Origin: Candidatus Latescibacterota bacterium
GTDB lineage: Bacteria > Latescibacterota > UBA2968 > GCA-2709665
Direction: 5' to 3'
Assembly: GCA_965205485.1 (NCBI GenBank)
Contig: OZ242180.1
Location: 2,272,001-2,336,000 of the forward strand
Length of the DNA stretch: 64,000 bases
Position numbers and translations under genes: made by a program. Below the pieces are notes generated by a model. That model was not told the DNA's origin, searched no databases, and was given only the letters and a program-made list of their open reading frames with translations. This document shows, one piece after another, positions 8,609 through 19,400 of the stretch. Position 1 is the first letter of the stretch. Each line of letters starts with the position of its first letter.

Positions 8609-10582
8609 TCACGGCTGCAGGATCCAGATCCCGCCCACTTTGCCCGTGATGCTGTCGATGACGATCCACATCCCAAGGCAGACCGCCTCCCCGAGGATGA
8701 TCCCGACAAAGAACAGCCGGGTCATCCTGTACAGGTTGGCGCCTCCGAACCGAAGCACGAGCGACTTGATTCCCCAGGCGAGAAACACGCTGAAGAAGTA
8801 GTTGTGCGTATAGGCGATCGTGCTCACGGGCAGCGCAACCGGGTGCAGCGGCCACGACGGCAGCCGGGAGCGAAGCGCCATCATCATCACGACGACGGCG
8901 ATGCCCAGACCCGTATACAGGAAGCCGGGATAGAAGATGGGCGAGGGTGAGAGCAGCCTGCGCCCGATGTATTCGTCGAACGGCAGCGCGCAGTCGTTGA
9001 CGTCCCGGAACCAGTAGTCCAGGTTGCGGCCGCCGTGTTCATATCCCAGCTGAAGCGTGGTATAGCTCGCCGCGATCAGGCCGGCGGCCAGCGCGGCGCC
9101 CATCGCCAGCACGAGACCCCGCTTGCGCCCGATCTCCCGCGCGAGCCGAAGCGCGCCCGAAGCCCTCGGCATGAGCGTATTCAACCGGGTCATCGTCCAG
9201 GCGAAGCTGACGCCCAGCGACGTCAGCCCCGTCGGGCTGAACGCCGCAGAGCCCACGGCGCATACCACGAACTCGGACGGATTCAGCGGGGAATAGGTTA
9301 CGGAATATCCGGTCTCGCTCACGATGCGGGCGAGCACCAGAAAGACGACAAAGCTGAAGAAGCCCAGCAGCAGGACGAGATGGGGAGAGATTCCCGCCTG
9401 GTAGAGCCAGCATCCGAGATAGAATGTCCCCGCAACGATCCCGGCCACCGCGGACCGGTAGGGGATCACCTCGTCCGAATCGTCCAGGCGCGACGGGCGG
9501 CCCATTGCCCTCGCCCACACCTCGCGCAGGTGCCCTCGCGCGATCCACAGACTGTAGCCGGCCAGGCCGAGCATGTATCCCATGCCCATCATCGCCAGGA
9601 ATTCCGATCCCTGGGAACTGTGCCGCCCTACGACGCCCGAGACGCCGTATGTCTCCGCCCCGACAATGGCCAGAATGCCGCTGATGCACTTTGCGATGAC
9701 GTTGAACAGCCAGATGCTCAGACTCACGTCCGTATTCACGAAATACGAGTACCCAAGGATCGCGAAATGAAGACCGATATGCACGGGGATCGCCCGGCGG
9801 AAGATCCAGAGAGTCGTTCGCAGCTGAATCCGCGGAAGCGAGTAGTAGTACCTCTGAAGCCCGTTCAACAGTCCGATCAGAAACGGTAGCGCGAACCCTC
9901 CCCACATCATCCTGCTTCGGAACAGAGGCCCCACCGTCCGCGCCCCCATCTCGCTCATCTCCAGCGGCACCTGCATAATCGGAAACGCAAAGCGCTCGTG
10001 CTCCTCCCACTGCTTTCTCATGAGAACCGCCAGGCACACGAGCACGACGTAGAGCACGACCAGGAACGACCCCCAGCTCCACAGGGGAACCACCCACGAC
10101 CACCAGGGCACCGGGCTGCCTGCGGGAAGGCCGTCGTACAGCCCCCGTACCACTTCGGTATCCAGGATCGACAGCCAGGGAAGCGCATTGGGCAACACGG
10201 CTTCCAGGTGCCGCATTTCCGGAGAGGCATAGTAGGTGACGCCCGTCATGAAGCCCAGCAGGGCCTTGGTCATCTTCCATGACGGCATCAGAAACAGCAA
10301 CATGACGTAGATGGCCAGCAACTCGCCCCGGCCCAATGAGAAGCGGCGCTTCAGGGCGGCCGCCAGCGGGTTGACCACCAGCACGAGCACAAAAAAAACG
10401 AACAGCACGCCCCGGTCCATATAGTAGTTGCCCATGAAGGGCCCCTGGACGACCATCCGGTTGTAGGTCAACGCGACGCCCATGAACGCGCAAAGACCCA
10501 GCCCGATCAGGAAGGCGCGAAGGGTCAGCCCGTCCTCCGATTGCGCGTGTTGCTGTGGGTCTTTCGCTCGAGCGCTTTCCAC
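8609..10582 (-). CDS. Polytopic inner-membrane protein, DUF6785/DUF6784 (OPT-like transporter) type
   Basis: 657 aa with many hydrophobic segments. Motifs LTLRAFLIG, RKQWEEHERFAFPIMQVP, WPLHPV, FLAWGIKSLVLRFGG, FFVGIILGE. Confidence 0.7.
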   Translation of the reverse strand: MESARAKDPQQHAQSEDGLTLRAFLIGLGLCAFMGVALTYNRMVVQGPFMGNYYMDRGVLFVFFVLVLVVNPLAAALKRRFSLGRGELLAIYVMLLFLMPSWKMTKALLGFMTGVTYYASPEMRHLEAVLPNALPWLSILDTEVVRGLYDGLPAGSPVPWWSWVVPLWSWGSFLVVLYVVLVCLAVLMRKQWEEHERFAFPIMQVPLEMSEMGARTVGPLFRSRMMWGGFALPFLIGLLNGLQRYYYSLPRIQLRTTLWIFRRAIPVHIGLHFAILGYSYFVNTDVSLSIWLFNVIAKCISGILAIVGAETYGVSGVVGRHSSQGSEFLAMMGMGYMLGLAGYSLWIARGHLREVWARAMGRPSRLDDSDEVIPYRSAVAGIVAGTFYLGCWLYQAGISPHLVLLLGFFSFVVFLVLARIVSETGYSVTYSPLNPSEFVVCAVGSAAFSPTGLTSLGVSFAWTMTRLNTLMPRASGALRLAREIGRKRGLVLAMGAALAAGLIAASYTTLQLGYEHGGRNLDYWFRDVNDCALPFDEYIGRRLLSPSPIFYPGFLYTGLGIAVVVMMMALRSRLPSWPLHPVALPVSTIAYTHNYFFSVFLAWGIKSLVLRFGGANLYRMTRLFFVGIILGEAVCLGMWIVIDSITGKVGGIWILQP

Positions 10583-10608
10583 TCATTTCCCCGTCTGTGG
10601 GCGACATT

Positions 10609-11631
10609 TCATGTTCTGCCGCACTCGGCCACGCCGATGTGGCGGTAGATTCCGGCTCGATCGATGCCAAGCGTGTCGGCGCCTGTCCTGTATAGCGTAC
10701 CCCAGTCGCGGGCCGAGTAATACATCAGATAGCGGTCCCCGCCGTCCACGACGCACGGCGTGGAGGTATACCGCCCGTCGTAGTCATTGGGATCCCGCGT
10801 CGCGGGCAGGGCGGGGGCGTCATGGTGGTGGATCCAGTTCAGACCGTCGGACGACGTGGAGCAGTAAATCTCGAACACCGGGCGGACCAGCGGCGATTCG
10901 GACCCTGTGTCGATCACCACTTCTCCGCCGGCAGGCCAGGCTCCGTACCACATGATGTATCCGTCGCCGTCGCGCATGACGAATGGATAGATCGTGCCCC
11001 TGAGCTTTTCGTTGAAGCTCACGGCGGGTTCGGGGTCGCGCGTCCAGTGGAGGCCGTCCTTGGATTCGAAGCGATAGATGTGATGTACCAGGTCGTCGAA
11101 GCTTCCGTCGGGCGTCGGCGATGAGTTCATCCACATCCGGTAGGCGCCCGGACCGTCCTTGATCACGCACGGACGTCGCCCGCTGTGATAGATCGGCTCC
11201 GGATGTACGTTCCATTTCAGCCCGTCGCGGCTGGTGGCATAACCCAGTTGCTGCTCGAAGCTCACGAGCCAGGTTGGACCGCCCCGGACAACGGTCGACA
11301 TGATGAACCACATCTTGAACAGGCCCTCGTCCGCGTCGAAGATCACATGGGGTGTCTGCCAGGCGTCGCAGGCAGGCAGATCGTCGCGGGTGAGGATGGG
11401 GTTGTCCGGGTACTCGTTCCAGTGGATGCCATCGTCCGATTCGGCAAAGCCCACGACCGAATCGTCTGTACGGGTAGCGGTACCGTGAGCGATGTACCAC
11501 ATCATATACCTGTCCGCCACGCGGATCACCGTCGGATTGTAGAGTTCAACCCGGCACCAGTCCTGTCGGGTGGTCAGCGCGGACAGGATCGGCTCTTCGC
11601 GACGACGCCATTTTGCAAGATGCAGTGACAT
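10609..11631 (-). CDS. Five-bladed beta-propeller glycosidase-like protein
   Basis: Blades begin YNPTV, QTPHV, RRPCV, IYPFV, STPCV, with S.DG..W repeats. No signal peptide. Confidence 0.8.
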   Translation of the reverse strand: MSLHLAKWRRREEPILSALTTRQDWCRVELYNPTVIRVADRYMMWYIAHGTATRTDDSVVGFAESDDGIHWNEYPDNPILTRDDLPACDAWQTPHVIFDADEGLFKMWFIMSTVVRGGPTWLVSFEQQLGYATSRDGLKWNVHPEPIYHSGRRPCVIKDGPGAYRMWMNSSPTPDGSFDDLVHHIYRFESKDGLHWTRDPEPAVSFNEKLRGTIYPFVMRDGDGYIMWYGAWPAGGEVVIDTGSESPLVRPVFEIYCSTSSDGLNWIHHHDAPALPATRDPNDYDGRYTSTPCVVDGGDRYLMYYSARDWGTLYRTGADTLGIDRAGIYRHIGVAECGRT

Positions 11632-11643
11632 TCTTTCGTTCCT

Positions 11644-12855
11644 TTAAAGTTCCGAAAGGGTATCGGATAGTTCCTCTATGGCAATCGCATGTGTCGCGAG
11701 TGGACGCTCGGCCATGGTACACGCGGTTTCGCGATAGCCGGAGCCACTGACGATGGCGACGACGACGTCTTCGGGACGGACCTGCCCCGAATTCATCAGA
11801 CGGGTTGTGCCGGCCAGGCAGGCGCCCGTTGACGGCTCCACAAACAGTCCTTCCCGCCGGCCGCAGGCTTCCTGGGCCGATAGAGCTTCCTCGTCCGTGA
11901 CGGAAACGAAAAAGCCGTTCGACGAACGTATGGCCTCCAAAGCTTCCATGCCGTCGGGGGGGTAGCTGTGGGCGAGTTTCACCAGAATCGAAGGCGGCAG
12001 GTTGTCATAAGGCAGCGCCAGCACGCCTTCCCACCGGTTCAATCCGCGTTCGAAGGCAACTTCCAACGCGTTGTAGTCCGCGGGTACCACGCCGATCATC
12101 CTGGGAACAGAGTCGATAAGCCCGAGGGCCTGACAATCCTGAAATCCCCGCCAGACCCCCGAGACCGTACCGCCGCCACCCACGGGAACCACCACCCAGT
12201 CGGGCGCTTTGCCGAGTTCTTCCACAATCTCGAAGGCGATGGTCTTGTTCCCCTCGGCCTGGTACGGATTTGAATTCCGGCTTGTCGTACTCAGATAGAG
12301 TCCCTGTTCACGGCAGACGTCAATCACTCCCTGTACGATGGGATCGATCAGGGCCTTCACTTCGACAAGCGCCGCGCCCAGTCCGAACATGGGGTAGAGC
12401 CGCTCCGGCGGCGTTCCTTCCGTCATGACCACGACGCTGCGCAACCCCGCCCGTGCGGCCAGCGCGGCGTTCGAGATGCCCGCGCTGCCCGTCGATACGA
12501 TCACGGACACATCCGCGCCGATGGCCTTCGCGTGCGTGATCGCGACCGAGAGCGAACGGTCCTTGTGGGATCCGGTGGGGTTGCGGGTCTCGTCCTTCAG
12601 ATAGACCCGATGTTCGTCGAAACTCCGTGCCCGCAGCAGCGGGGTACCGCCTTCACCCAGGGTCACGGCGCCATCGGGGGGGTCTACCGGGAGCAGGGGC
12701 CAGTAGCGCCACATGGTACCGTCGAAGCGGTCGTCCCATGCAACGCCGTCATAACTGTATTGAAACCCCAGGGATCCCGCGCAGACACCGCAGTTCAACG
12801 CCTGGGCATCCTGCTGCGCATCGCACGTCAGACAGATCTTCCGAAATCGGTCCAC
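11644..12855 (-). CDS. Threonine-synthase-like fold-type II PLP enzyme
   Basis: N-terminal CxxC...CxxC, TLGEGGTPL, NPTGSHKDR (PLP Lys), STGSAG, PVGGGG, EPSTG, SGSG. Confidence 0.85.
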   Translation of the reverse strand: MDRFRKICLTCDAQQDAQALNCGVCAGSLGFQYSYDGVAWDDRFDGTMWRYWPLLPVDPPDGAVTLGEGGTPLLRARSFDEHRVYLKDETRNPTGSHKDRSLSVAITHAKAIGADVSVIVSTGSAGISNAALAARAGLRSVVVMTEGTPPERLYPMFGLGAALVEVKALIDPIVQGVIDVCREQGLYLSTTSRNSNPYQAEGNKTIAFEIVEELGKAPDWVVVPVGGGGTVSGVWRGFQDCQALGLIDSVPRMIGVVPADYNALEVAFERGLNRWEGVLALPYDNLPPSILVKLAHSYPPDGMEALEAIRSSNGFFVSVTDEEALSAQEACGRREGLFVEPSTGACLAGTTRLMNSGQVRPEDVVVAIVSGSGYRETACTMAERPLATHAIAIEELSDTLSEL

Positions 12856-12900
12856 TGTGGACCTCTTACGTTTTTGAGACCGGTGTGGTTGGCGTTCCCG

Positions 12901-12975
12901 GGAGCGAGGGCATCCTGCCCTCGACGCGAATAGGGGTAGGTGACGCGAAGTTCGAGGGCAGGATGCCCTCGCTCC
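12901..12975. repeat. REPIN-like doublet: perfect 23-bp inverted repeat of palindromic arms
   Basis: ggagcgagggcatcctgccctcg (12901-12923) and cgagggcaggatgccctcgctcc (12953-12975). Confidence 0.8.
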
Positions 12976-13007
12976 GGTTGCGGGTGGATCATGTGGTAAA
13001 AGAGGAT

Positions 13008-13046
13008 AAAAAGAAATGGCAATCCCTGAGGACCGCCATTTCTTTT
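13008..13046 (-). terminator. Intrinsic (possibly bidirectional) terminator after the PorV-family gene
   Basis: aaaagaaatggc...gccatttctttt stem with T-runs on both sides. Confidence 0.75.
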
Positions 13047-13068
13047 GTACACAATGCTTCCTGAAAAC

Positions 13069-14022
13069 TCAGAACGCGCCGCTCAGCGTGAACCGCAGCG
13101 GGGCATCCAGATACGTGCCGAAATCGCTGTACGCAACGTCGGCCTGCACGATCCGTCCGTTCGGCATCGCGAATTTCAACCCCGCCCCGAGCGTCCAGGA
13201 CTCTTCGTCGAAGTTGGCCTTATAGCCCGCCCGGAGGGCGAAGTTGTTCTGAAGCCAGAGTTCGCCGCCGAAACGGTACTGCGGGTCGGCGAAATCCGTG
13301 GCGTACGAATTCTCGAAGGTTACCGTGATATAGGTGGGGTCGCCGGTGGCACCGACAATCTCCATTGCCGCGGCCGTGCTGAAGGCAACCGGCATTTTTC
13401 TGACGTCCTCGATCACCTTGACGTCCTTGCCCATGTTCTCGAAGGTCATGCCGAGACGCAGGCTCCTGAAACCGGTGTAGAAAAACGTGGATACGCCCAC
13501 GTCCCACGCGTTCAGGCGGTCGGTATCCAGCGTCTGTTGCGTCCAGCGGAATATCGAGCCGACGGAGAGTTTATCTGTCAGCTTCCTGGCGTAGACCACG
13601 CCCAGCGAGAGATCGCCCATATCGGGGTACCGTCCGGTCCCGGTGGGCTGGAAAATGGTCGTCTCTTCGAACTCGTGGGGGCTGAAGGTAACGACGTTAA
13701 CACCCAGAACCCCGTACGCCGTGTTGTAGGCCATCCCGCCCGTAAGGATGTGGTCGTTCATCAGCCACCGGGTGTATCCGAGTGTAAACGCGGCGCGTTC
13801 GATATGCGTGAGTCCGGCGGGATTCGAAAATATGGCATCGATATTGTCCGATACGGCCACGAACGCACCGCCCATACCGGCCATTCGTGCTCCATGATCG
13901 ATCTTCAGAACAGGGAGGACCATCCGCGCCAACCGCCGCTGGTCCTGGGCGTCCGCCCCCCGGGGGTAGAGCAGGGCGCAGATCACCGCCGCTGTCAGTC
14001 CGATCCACAACGTCCGTTTCAT
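13069..14022 (-). CDS. PorV/PorQ-family outer-membrane beta-barrel
   Basis: Signal peptide, LKIDHGARMAGMGGAFVAVSDNIDAIFSNPAGL, LRAGY, C-terminal Phe. Confidence 0.85.
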   Translation of the reverse strand: MKRTLWIGLTAAVICALLYPRGADAQDQRRLARMVLPVLKIDHGARMAGMGGAFVAVSDNIDAIFSNPAGLTHIERAAFTLGYTRWLMNDHILTGGMAYNTAYGVLGVNVVTFSPHEFEETTIFQPTGTGRYPDMGDLSLGVVYARKLTDKLSVGSIFRWTQQTLDTDRLNAWDVGVSTFFYTGFRSLRLGMTFENMGKDVKVIEDVRKMPVAFSTAAAMEIVGATGDPTYITVTFENSYATDFADPQYRFGGELWLQNNFALRAGYKANFDEESWTLGAGLKFAMPNGRIVQADVAYSDFGTYLDAPLRFTLSGAF

Positions 14023-14081
14023 CGCGTCATCTCCTTGAGTTTCAGTATGGACCTGAGCCGAGCAGAAATTGAGATCTGCCC

Positions 14082-16352
14082 CTACTTGATGATCATCAAC
14101 GTTCCGCGCTGTGTCTGGCCCGCGCTCCCCGGCATCTGGGATTCGACGATCCAGTAGTAGACGCCAGCGGGCACGTCACCGCCGCGCGAGTGGGGGATCT
14201 GGTTCCATCCGGCTTCGCCCCGGGCGGGGTCTTCGTGTTCGATCAAGGCCGCAAGTTCGCCCGCCACGGTGTAGATCCGGATCGTACACTTTTGCGGGAT
14301 ATTCGTAAACCGTATCAACCCCGCTGACGGATAGTTGTGGGCCCCGTCCACCTTGTGCGGATTGGGGACGACGATCACGTCCCGCGCCAGCTGGTCCGCC
14401 GAAGCGTTGGCCGGCACGAAGGGAACGCTGGTCATGACGCCGCCAGCCCACTGCTCGGGCGCGCTGTTGCCGCCCTCCATGGACGGAATGGCCATCCCGG
14501 TCCCGTTCCAGTCGTCGTGGCCCGAGTCGTAGGCGGCCACGCGGTAGGTGTACTCGAAACCCGCAACGGACCTCCGGTCTTCAACCTGGTAGGTGCCGCC
14601 GCTGTAGTACTCCGGGTCCTTCAGCGGAATATCGGCCATCAGCTTCCAGTCGTCGATCTTGTAGTCCGAGCGGTAGACCCGGTAGCCCACGATATCCTGC
14701 GCCTCGGCGCCGGTGTAGTCCGGGTCGGTCGCGCCGTCGCCGGCGTCGGTCCACTTGATCAGGTTGAATCCGTCGACCGACGCGGTGGTTTCCGTCTTGA
14801 CGTCAGGCGGGGGATCGGGCAGATCGTAGTTCCATCTGAAGGCGTCGGCCGCGGCCTTGTGGTGTTTGAGCAAGTTGTTCATGGGCTTGTCCGACAACAT
14901 ATCTTCCTGCCGGCTTTGCTTGGCCCAACCATAGATATTCTCCTCCACCGGCGCGGCCGCCACCAGGGCGTAGACGATTCTCACCTTGTCTCCGGGGGCC
15001 ATGTCGTACGGCCCATAGGCGAAGGAAGCGACAAGCCCGTCTATCGTGGTGGGATTGTCCATGATGAATGGCGCAGGACTCGTCAGTTCGCTGTAGATCT
15101 GCTCGGAGCTCATGTTCTCCGAACCCGGTTCCGAAAAATCGGTTCGGTCCCTGTAGTCCCACCACTTGACGGTATGGGGCTGGTCGGCTACCCGGGGCTC
15201 GATGAAGCTCGCGTCTCCGCCGGTGTCGAAGGTAAAGGTCGAGGCATCGTTGACCGATCCGGGCGTGTATGCCAGCGGGGCGGCGCCGATGTACTGGAAG
15301 GCCCCCATCTCCCCCTCGATTTTCGTCTGCTGGAGACAGCACTGGTGCCAGCTCTGGTTCGCACGTTCCTCACTATACGGTTTGCCGATGTCGTTTCCAG
15401 GCAGGTCGGGATTGTCCGCATCAAAAGCATACCACATCTTGAGCCCCAACGCATCGCCCGGACCGTCGAAGTTGGCCGCTTCGGTATATTTGTACCAATC
15501 GTCCAGCGCGATCGGAATGGTACGCCGGAAGAATGAATCCCCCGCATAGTGGGCCTGGCCGCACTGGGAGGCGTAAAAGCGGGTGGAGAAGATCAGGAAC
15601 GTATCGTTCAACTGCAGCCCGCCGCCGCCGAGGTCCGACACGCCGTCACCGTCGGAATCTCCGGTGTTCTCGAACGTATATTCCATAATCTGGAAGTCGT
15701 CGAAGTCCGGATAACTCCATGCGTACGACTTTTTCGTTACGGTGATGCCGTTCTTTGTGGTCCATTTGCTGACGATGATGCTCTCCGGAAAGTTGTCCTT
15801 GTCGGCCTCCATATATTCGCTGTACCGGTAGTTGTGGATCTCCACCGGCGAAGCGGGACCCGGCGCGGGCTGCCCCGGCCACCAGTTGGCCATAACGGGA
15901 CCCAGGGGAGATACCTTCCGGTAGCCGATATTGCTCTCCGGCCCCTGCGAAGGATCGTAGGCCATGGGGACCACGTCCTCCGATTCAAGTGTTGCCTTCG
16001 ACTCGGAAACGTGGTAATCACCGCCGACCCGTGTCGCGATGAACTGGTTCCAGCCGGGCATGGTGCCGCACAATTCGTTGTAGTAGACCACCCACTCGGA
16101 CCGGACGCCCCAGGTCCGGGTGCCCCAGTAGTCGATGAATTCCTGCGGGTACTGCACCCAGAACCTTCCCGGATAAGCCATGCCCACGGGCCGGTACCAG
16201 CTCATGGGCGTGGCGGCGCGCACACCCTGCGTGCCCGAGTTCCAGTAGATGTCCCATACCTTCGCACGGGACTGGACCCGGAGTTCCGCGTGGACCGAGG
16301 TGCTGAACACCAGAGCCATGAGCGCAATCCCGCTTACGATATTCCTTTTCAT
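14082..16352 (-). CDS. Secreted protein with FN3-like domain and T9SS type-A-like C-terminal domain
   Basis: Signal MKRNIVSG...VHA, PDPPP linker, GYRVYRS...YTYRVAAYD. C-terminus VVPNP...IRFTNIP.KCTIRIYTVAGEL...W...GVYYW...LMIIK. Confidence 0.75.
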   Translation of the reverse strand: MKRNIVSGIALMALVFSTSVHAELRVQSRAKVWDIYWNSGTQGVRAATPMSWYRPVGMAYPGRFWVQYPQEFIDYWGTRTWGVRSEWVVYYNELCGTMPGWNQFIATRVGGDYHVSESKATLESEDVVPMAYDPSQGPESNIGYRKVSPLGPVMANWWPGQPAPGPASPVEIHNYRYSEYMEADKDNFPESIIVSKWTTKNGITVTKKSYAWSYPDFDDFQIMEYTFENTGDSDGDGVSDLGGGGLQLNDTFLIFSTRFYASQCGQAHYAGDSFFRRTIPIALDDWYKYTEAANFDGPGDALGLKMWYAFDADNPDLPGNDIGKPYSEERANQSWHQCCLQQTKIEGEMGAFQYIGAAPLAYTPGSVNDASTFTFDTGGDASFIEPRVADQPHTVKWWDYRDRTDFSEPGSENMSSEQIYSELTSPAPFIMDNPTTIDGLVASFAYGPYDMAPGDKVRIVYALVAAAPVEENIYGWAKQSRQEDMLSDKPMNNLLKHHKAAADAFRWNYDLPDPPPDVKTETTASVDGFNLIKWTDAGDGATDPDYTGAEAQDIVGYRVYRSDYKIDDWKLMADIPLKDPEYYSGGTYQVEDRRSVAGFEYTYRVAAYDSGHDDWNGTGMAIPSMEGGNSAPEQWAGGVMTSVPFVPANASADQLARDVIVVPNPHKVDGAHNYPSAGLIRFTNIPQKCTIRIYTVAGELAALIEHEDPARGEAGWNQIPHSRGGDVPAGVYYWIVESQMPGSAGQTQRGTLMIIK

Positions 16353-16418
16353 TTCTTTGACCTCCTCAAAGATGACCAATGAGTTCGGTCCCTCCTTCTC
16401 CGGAGGGGCGCACTCACG

Positions 16419-19400
16419 TCAGAAGCTCAACCTGATTCCCATGTGCGTTATCCGGGGATTGCCTATATAGCGCGAACGGTCGGAAACGTCCCCGTAATTG
16501 AGGTACGTCGCGTCGTTGGGCCTGGGCTGCTGGAGCCCCCACCACATGTAGTCCGTACCGGTGACGCCGCTGGCGTCCTGCTGGTTGAACAGGTTGAACA
16601 CTTCCACGAACACGTCGGCGTTCACGTTCCCGAAGCGGAAGTGCTTCTGCAGGTTCAGGTCGGCCTCCGTGTGCAAGGGCCGTCTCGCCGGTGTGTTGGC
16701 TCCGGTCAGCTTGATGTAATTGAATTTGCTGCCCGTGTAGATCCGGTAGATCAGGTTGGCGTTGATGCCGCCGAACAGCGTGGCGCCCGCGTACTGCTTG
16801 CCCGGACCGTAGTCGAGCGGGGAGGAGAAGAACATCTGAAGGCTGCCCTGGCTGCGGCGTCCGCGCGTGAAGATATTGCCGGTGCTGAACCAGAACTTCT
16901 GAAACCAGATGCCCTGAAGCCATTCTCTCGCTTCGTCCGTAAGGCCCTCGACTTCCCACGCCGGCTGGAGAGGCGCCGAGCCGCGGGCGTTGAAGGCATT
17001 CACATTCTCCCGGACCTTTTGCAAGTTCTCTTCCGCCTTGTCGCCGAGTGTCTTGATCTCCTCCGCCGTAAGCGGAACGGGTTCCCTGCGGCCGCCCGCG
17101 ACGCGCCATTCCTTGTGATACCTCCCGCTGGCGATGAAACTACGGTCGGGATAAATCAGGACGCTGGCAACCGTCTCGGCGTCGCCCAGCCAGTGGATGG
17201 CTTCCAGCCACTCCAGGTTCAATGCGGCGCGGAACGCGAAGAAGTTGCTGAAGCCCTTCCGCATACTGAACTCGAACCCCTTGACGTCTTCCGTGCGTTC
17301 GGAACCGTACGTGCCCCCGATGGCGCCCGTCCTGCCCGTGACAGGATCGACGGCGTCGTGCCAGATGCCGGTACTCTGCAGATGGCCGCTCTTGTAGAAC
17401 GCCGCCAGAGAGAAGACGTAGTCGCTTACGAAGTTCCAGTCCGTACCCACCTCGAAACTGGTCGTGGGGTGACCGTGGTCCCAGACCGGGCTGATGACGT
17501 TGGCGCCGTAGCTTTCGTCTTTCGCGTTGAAATGACTCCACGGGACGCCGGGAATCCCGTCCGGCCCGGAAGCTGTCTCCCAATGGCTCCCGAACTGCTG
17601 CCGGAAGGAGGGGATCATCATATATCGGCCGTAGTAGAAATGCATGCTGGACCTGGCCGTGATGGGGTGTGAGATACCCAGCCTGGGGCTCCAGCCCTGT
17701 ATGGTCCGCATGGGCCCGGTGGGCGCCTGGATGAACGTATCCATCGCGTTGTACCACCCCGACGTGAACGACGGCAGCAACTGAACGTCCTGACCCCACA
17801 GGCGGTCGTAGCGCAGGCCGACGTTGACGATCAACCCCTCGAACTCCATTTTGTCCTGGACGTAGGCGCCGAACTGGCTGGGCGTCACGGCCTCGCCGGG
17901 TTCGGGCTGCCCGATGTAACGGATATCCCGCTTCGCGTCGCCGGGCGTCATGCCGGTCCACGTCCACCAGTTCTCGAACGTCATGAACTCGAATCCGGTC
18001 TTGGCGAAGTGGCCCCGCGTCATCTGGCTTGACACGTCGGCCTTCACACTGAAACGGTTCTGCTCGCCGACTTTGAATGCCCAGACGTCCTCCCGGCCGA
18101 TGTAGAAATACCCTTCGCTGTCGGTCCTGACGGACGTGGTTTTATTCCCCACGCCGCTGGTGTCCGTCCGGCTTCCATAGCGAGACACGCTCACTTCGTA
18201 GAACGTCCTGGGGCTGATGGTGTGGGTGATCACACCGTAGACCATGTTGTCCGTCTGTTTTTCCGCCCCCGCGATCGATCCATCGGGAATGAAGAGGTCG
18301 CGTCCCGGACCCCGGATGACGTTCGGGAAGCTATACCTGGACAGCCGTCCGTTGTTGAAACTCTCCGCGAAGTCGTACATCCATCCGATCCGCAGCTTCA
18401 TGTTCGACCCCGCCGGGACCGTCAGCTTTGCAGTGGTCCTGAGGTTTGCCGGCCGGGTCCGCCACGGTCCGGGAAGCACGGCGGCGTCACGCAGGTGCCG
18501 GGCGCTGGCGAAGAAAGACGAGTTCCCCATCAGGGGACCGCTGAGAAACCCATCCAGGTAGTGGCCCCGCCAGTCCGTGTAGTTCGTTCGCGGGTGGACG
18601 AGATTCCCTGTCTCGGGGTCCACCTCGGACGTCCACGCCGGATCGTTCCACTTCGCGTTTCCACGCAGTTCCGGCGCCTCGTAGACATTCTCGCCCCAGT
18701 GCTTTTTACCTGCAGGGGTGAGACGATATTCCGCCTCGCCGTGATATTGCGCGCCGCCGTCGCGCGTTACGATCTGGATGACGCCGGCCTGCGCGTTTCC
18801 GTACTCGGCGTTCATACCGCCCGTGATGACCGAGACCTCCTGCACCGCCTTGAGGTTGACGCCGTACCACTGTCTCTCGCCGCCGTCGCCCCATCCGCCG
18901 CCGATGCCTCGCCCGTCTCTGCCGGAAACAGGAACGCCGTCGACGTAGACGACGTTGTGGCTGGCCACCCAGCCCCGGATCGCGCCGCTGCCGTCAACGG
19001 CATAGCCCGGCTCCAGCTCCAGGACCTCGGTGACGTTTCTCAGAATGGGCGTTCGCTCAATCTCCTCGGCGGTCACGACGTAACGGCTGTCCGTCTTGTC
19101 GGGATCGACAGGCGGTCTCTCGGCGACCACCACCATCTCCTCCAGTTCCAATTCGGTTTCACGAAGCTGAAAGTCAATCGTCGTGGTGAAGTCCACCCGT
19201 ACGCCCACCTGCTCTTTGACCACCGAGTGATACCCCACCATCGAGGCCGTCAACTTGTACTGGCCGGGCGTTACGGAGACGATCACGTAGAATCCGTCCG
19301 CATCGGTCGTTCCGCCCAGCCGGGCTTCCTCAATCGCCACACTCGCGCCCGGCAGGGGTTCCCCCTGCTCGTCCGTCACGCGGCCGACGATCTTGCCGGT

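Noticed and set aside
11644..12855. Assigning the symbol thrC
   Set aside because: The family is clear, but the catabolic context and absence of hom/thrB suggest a paralog with another substrate.
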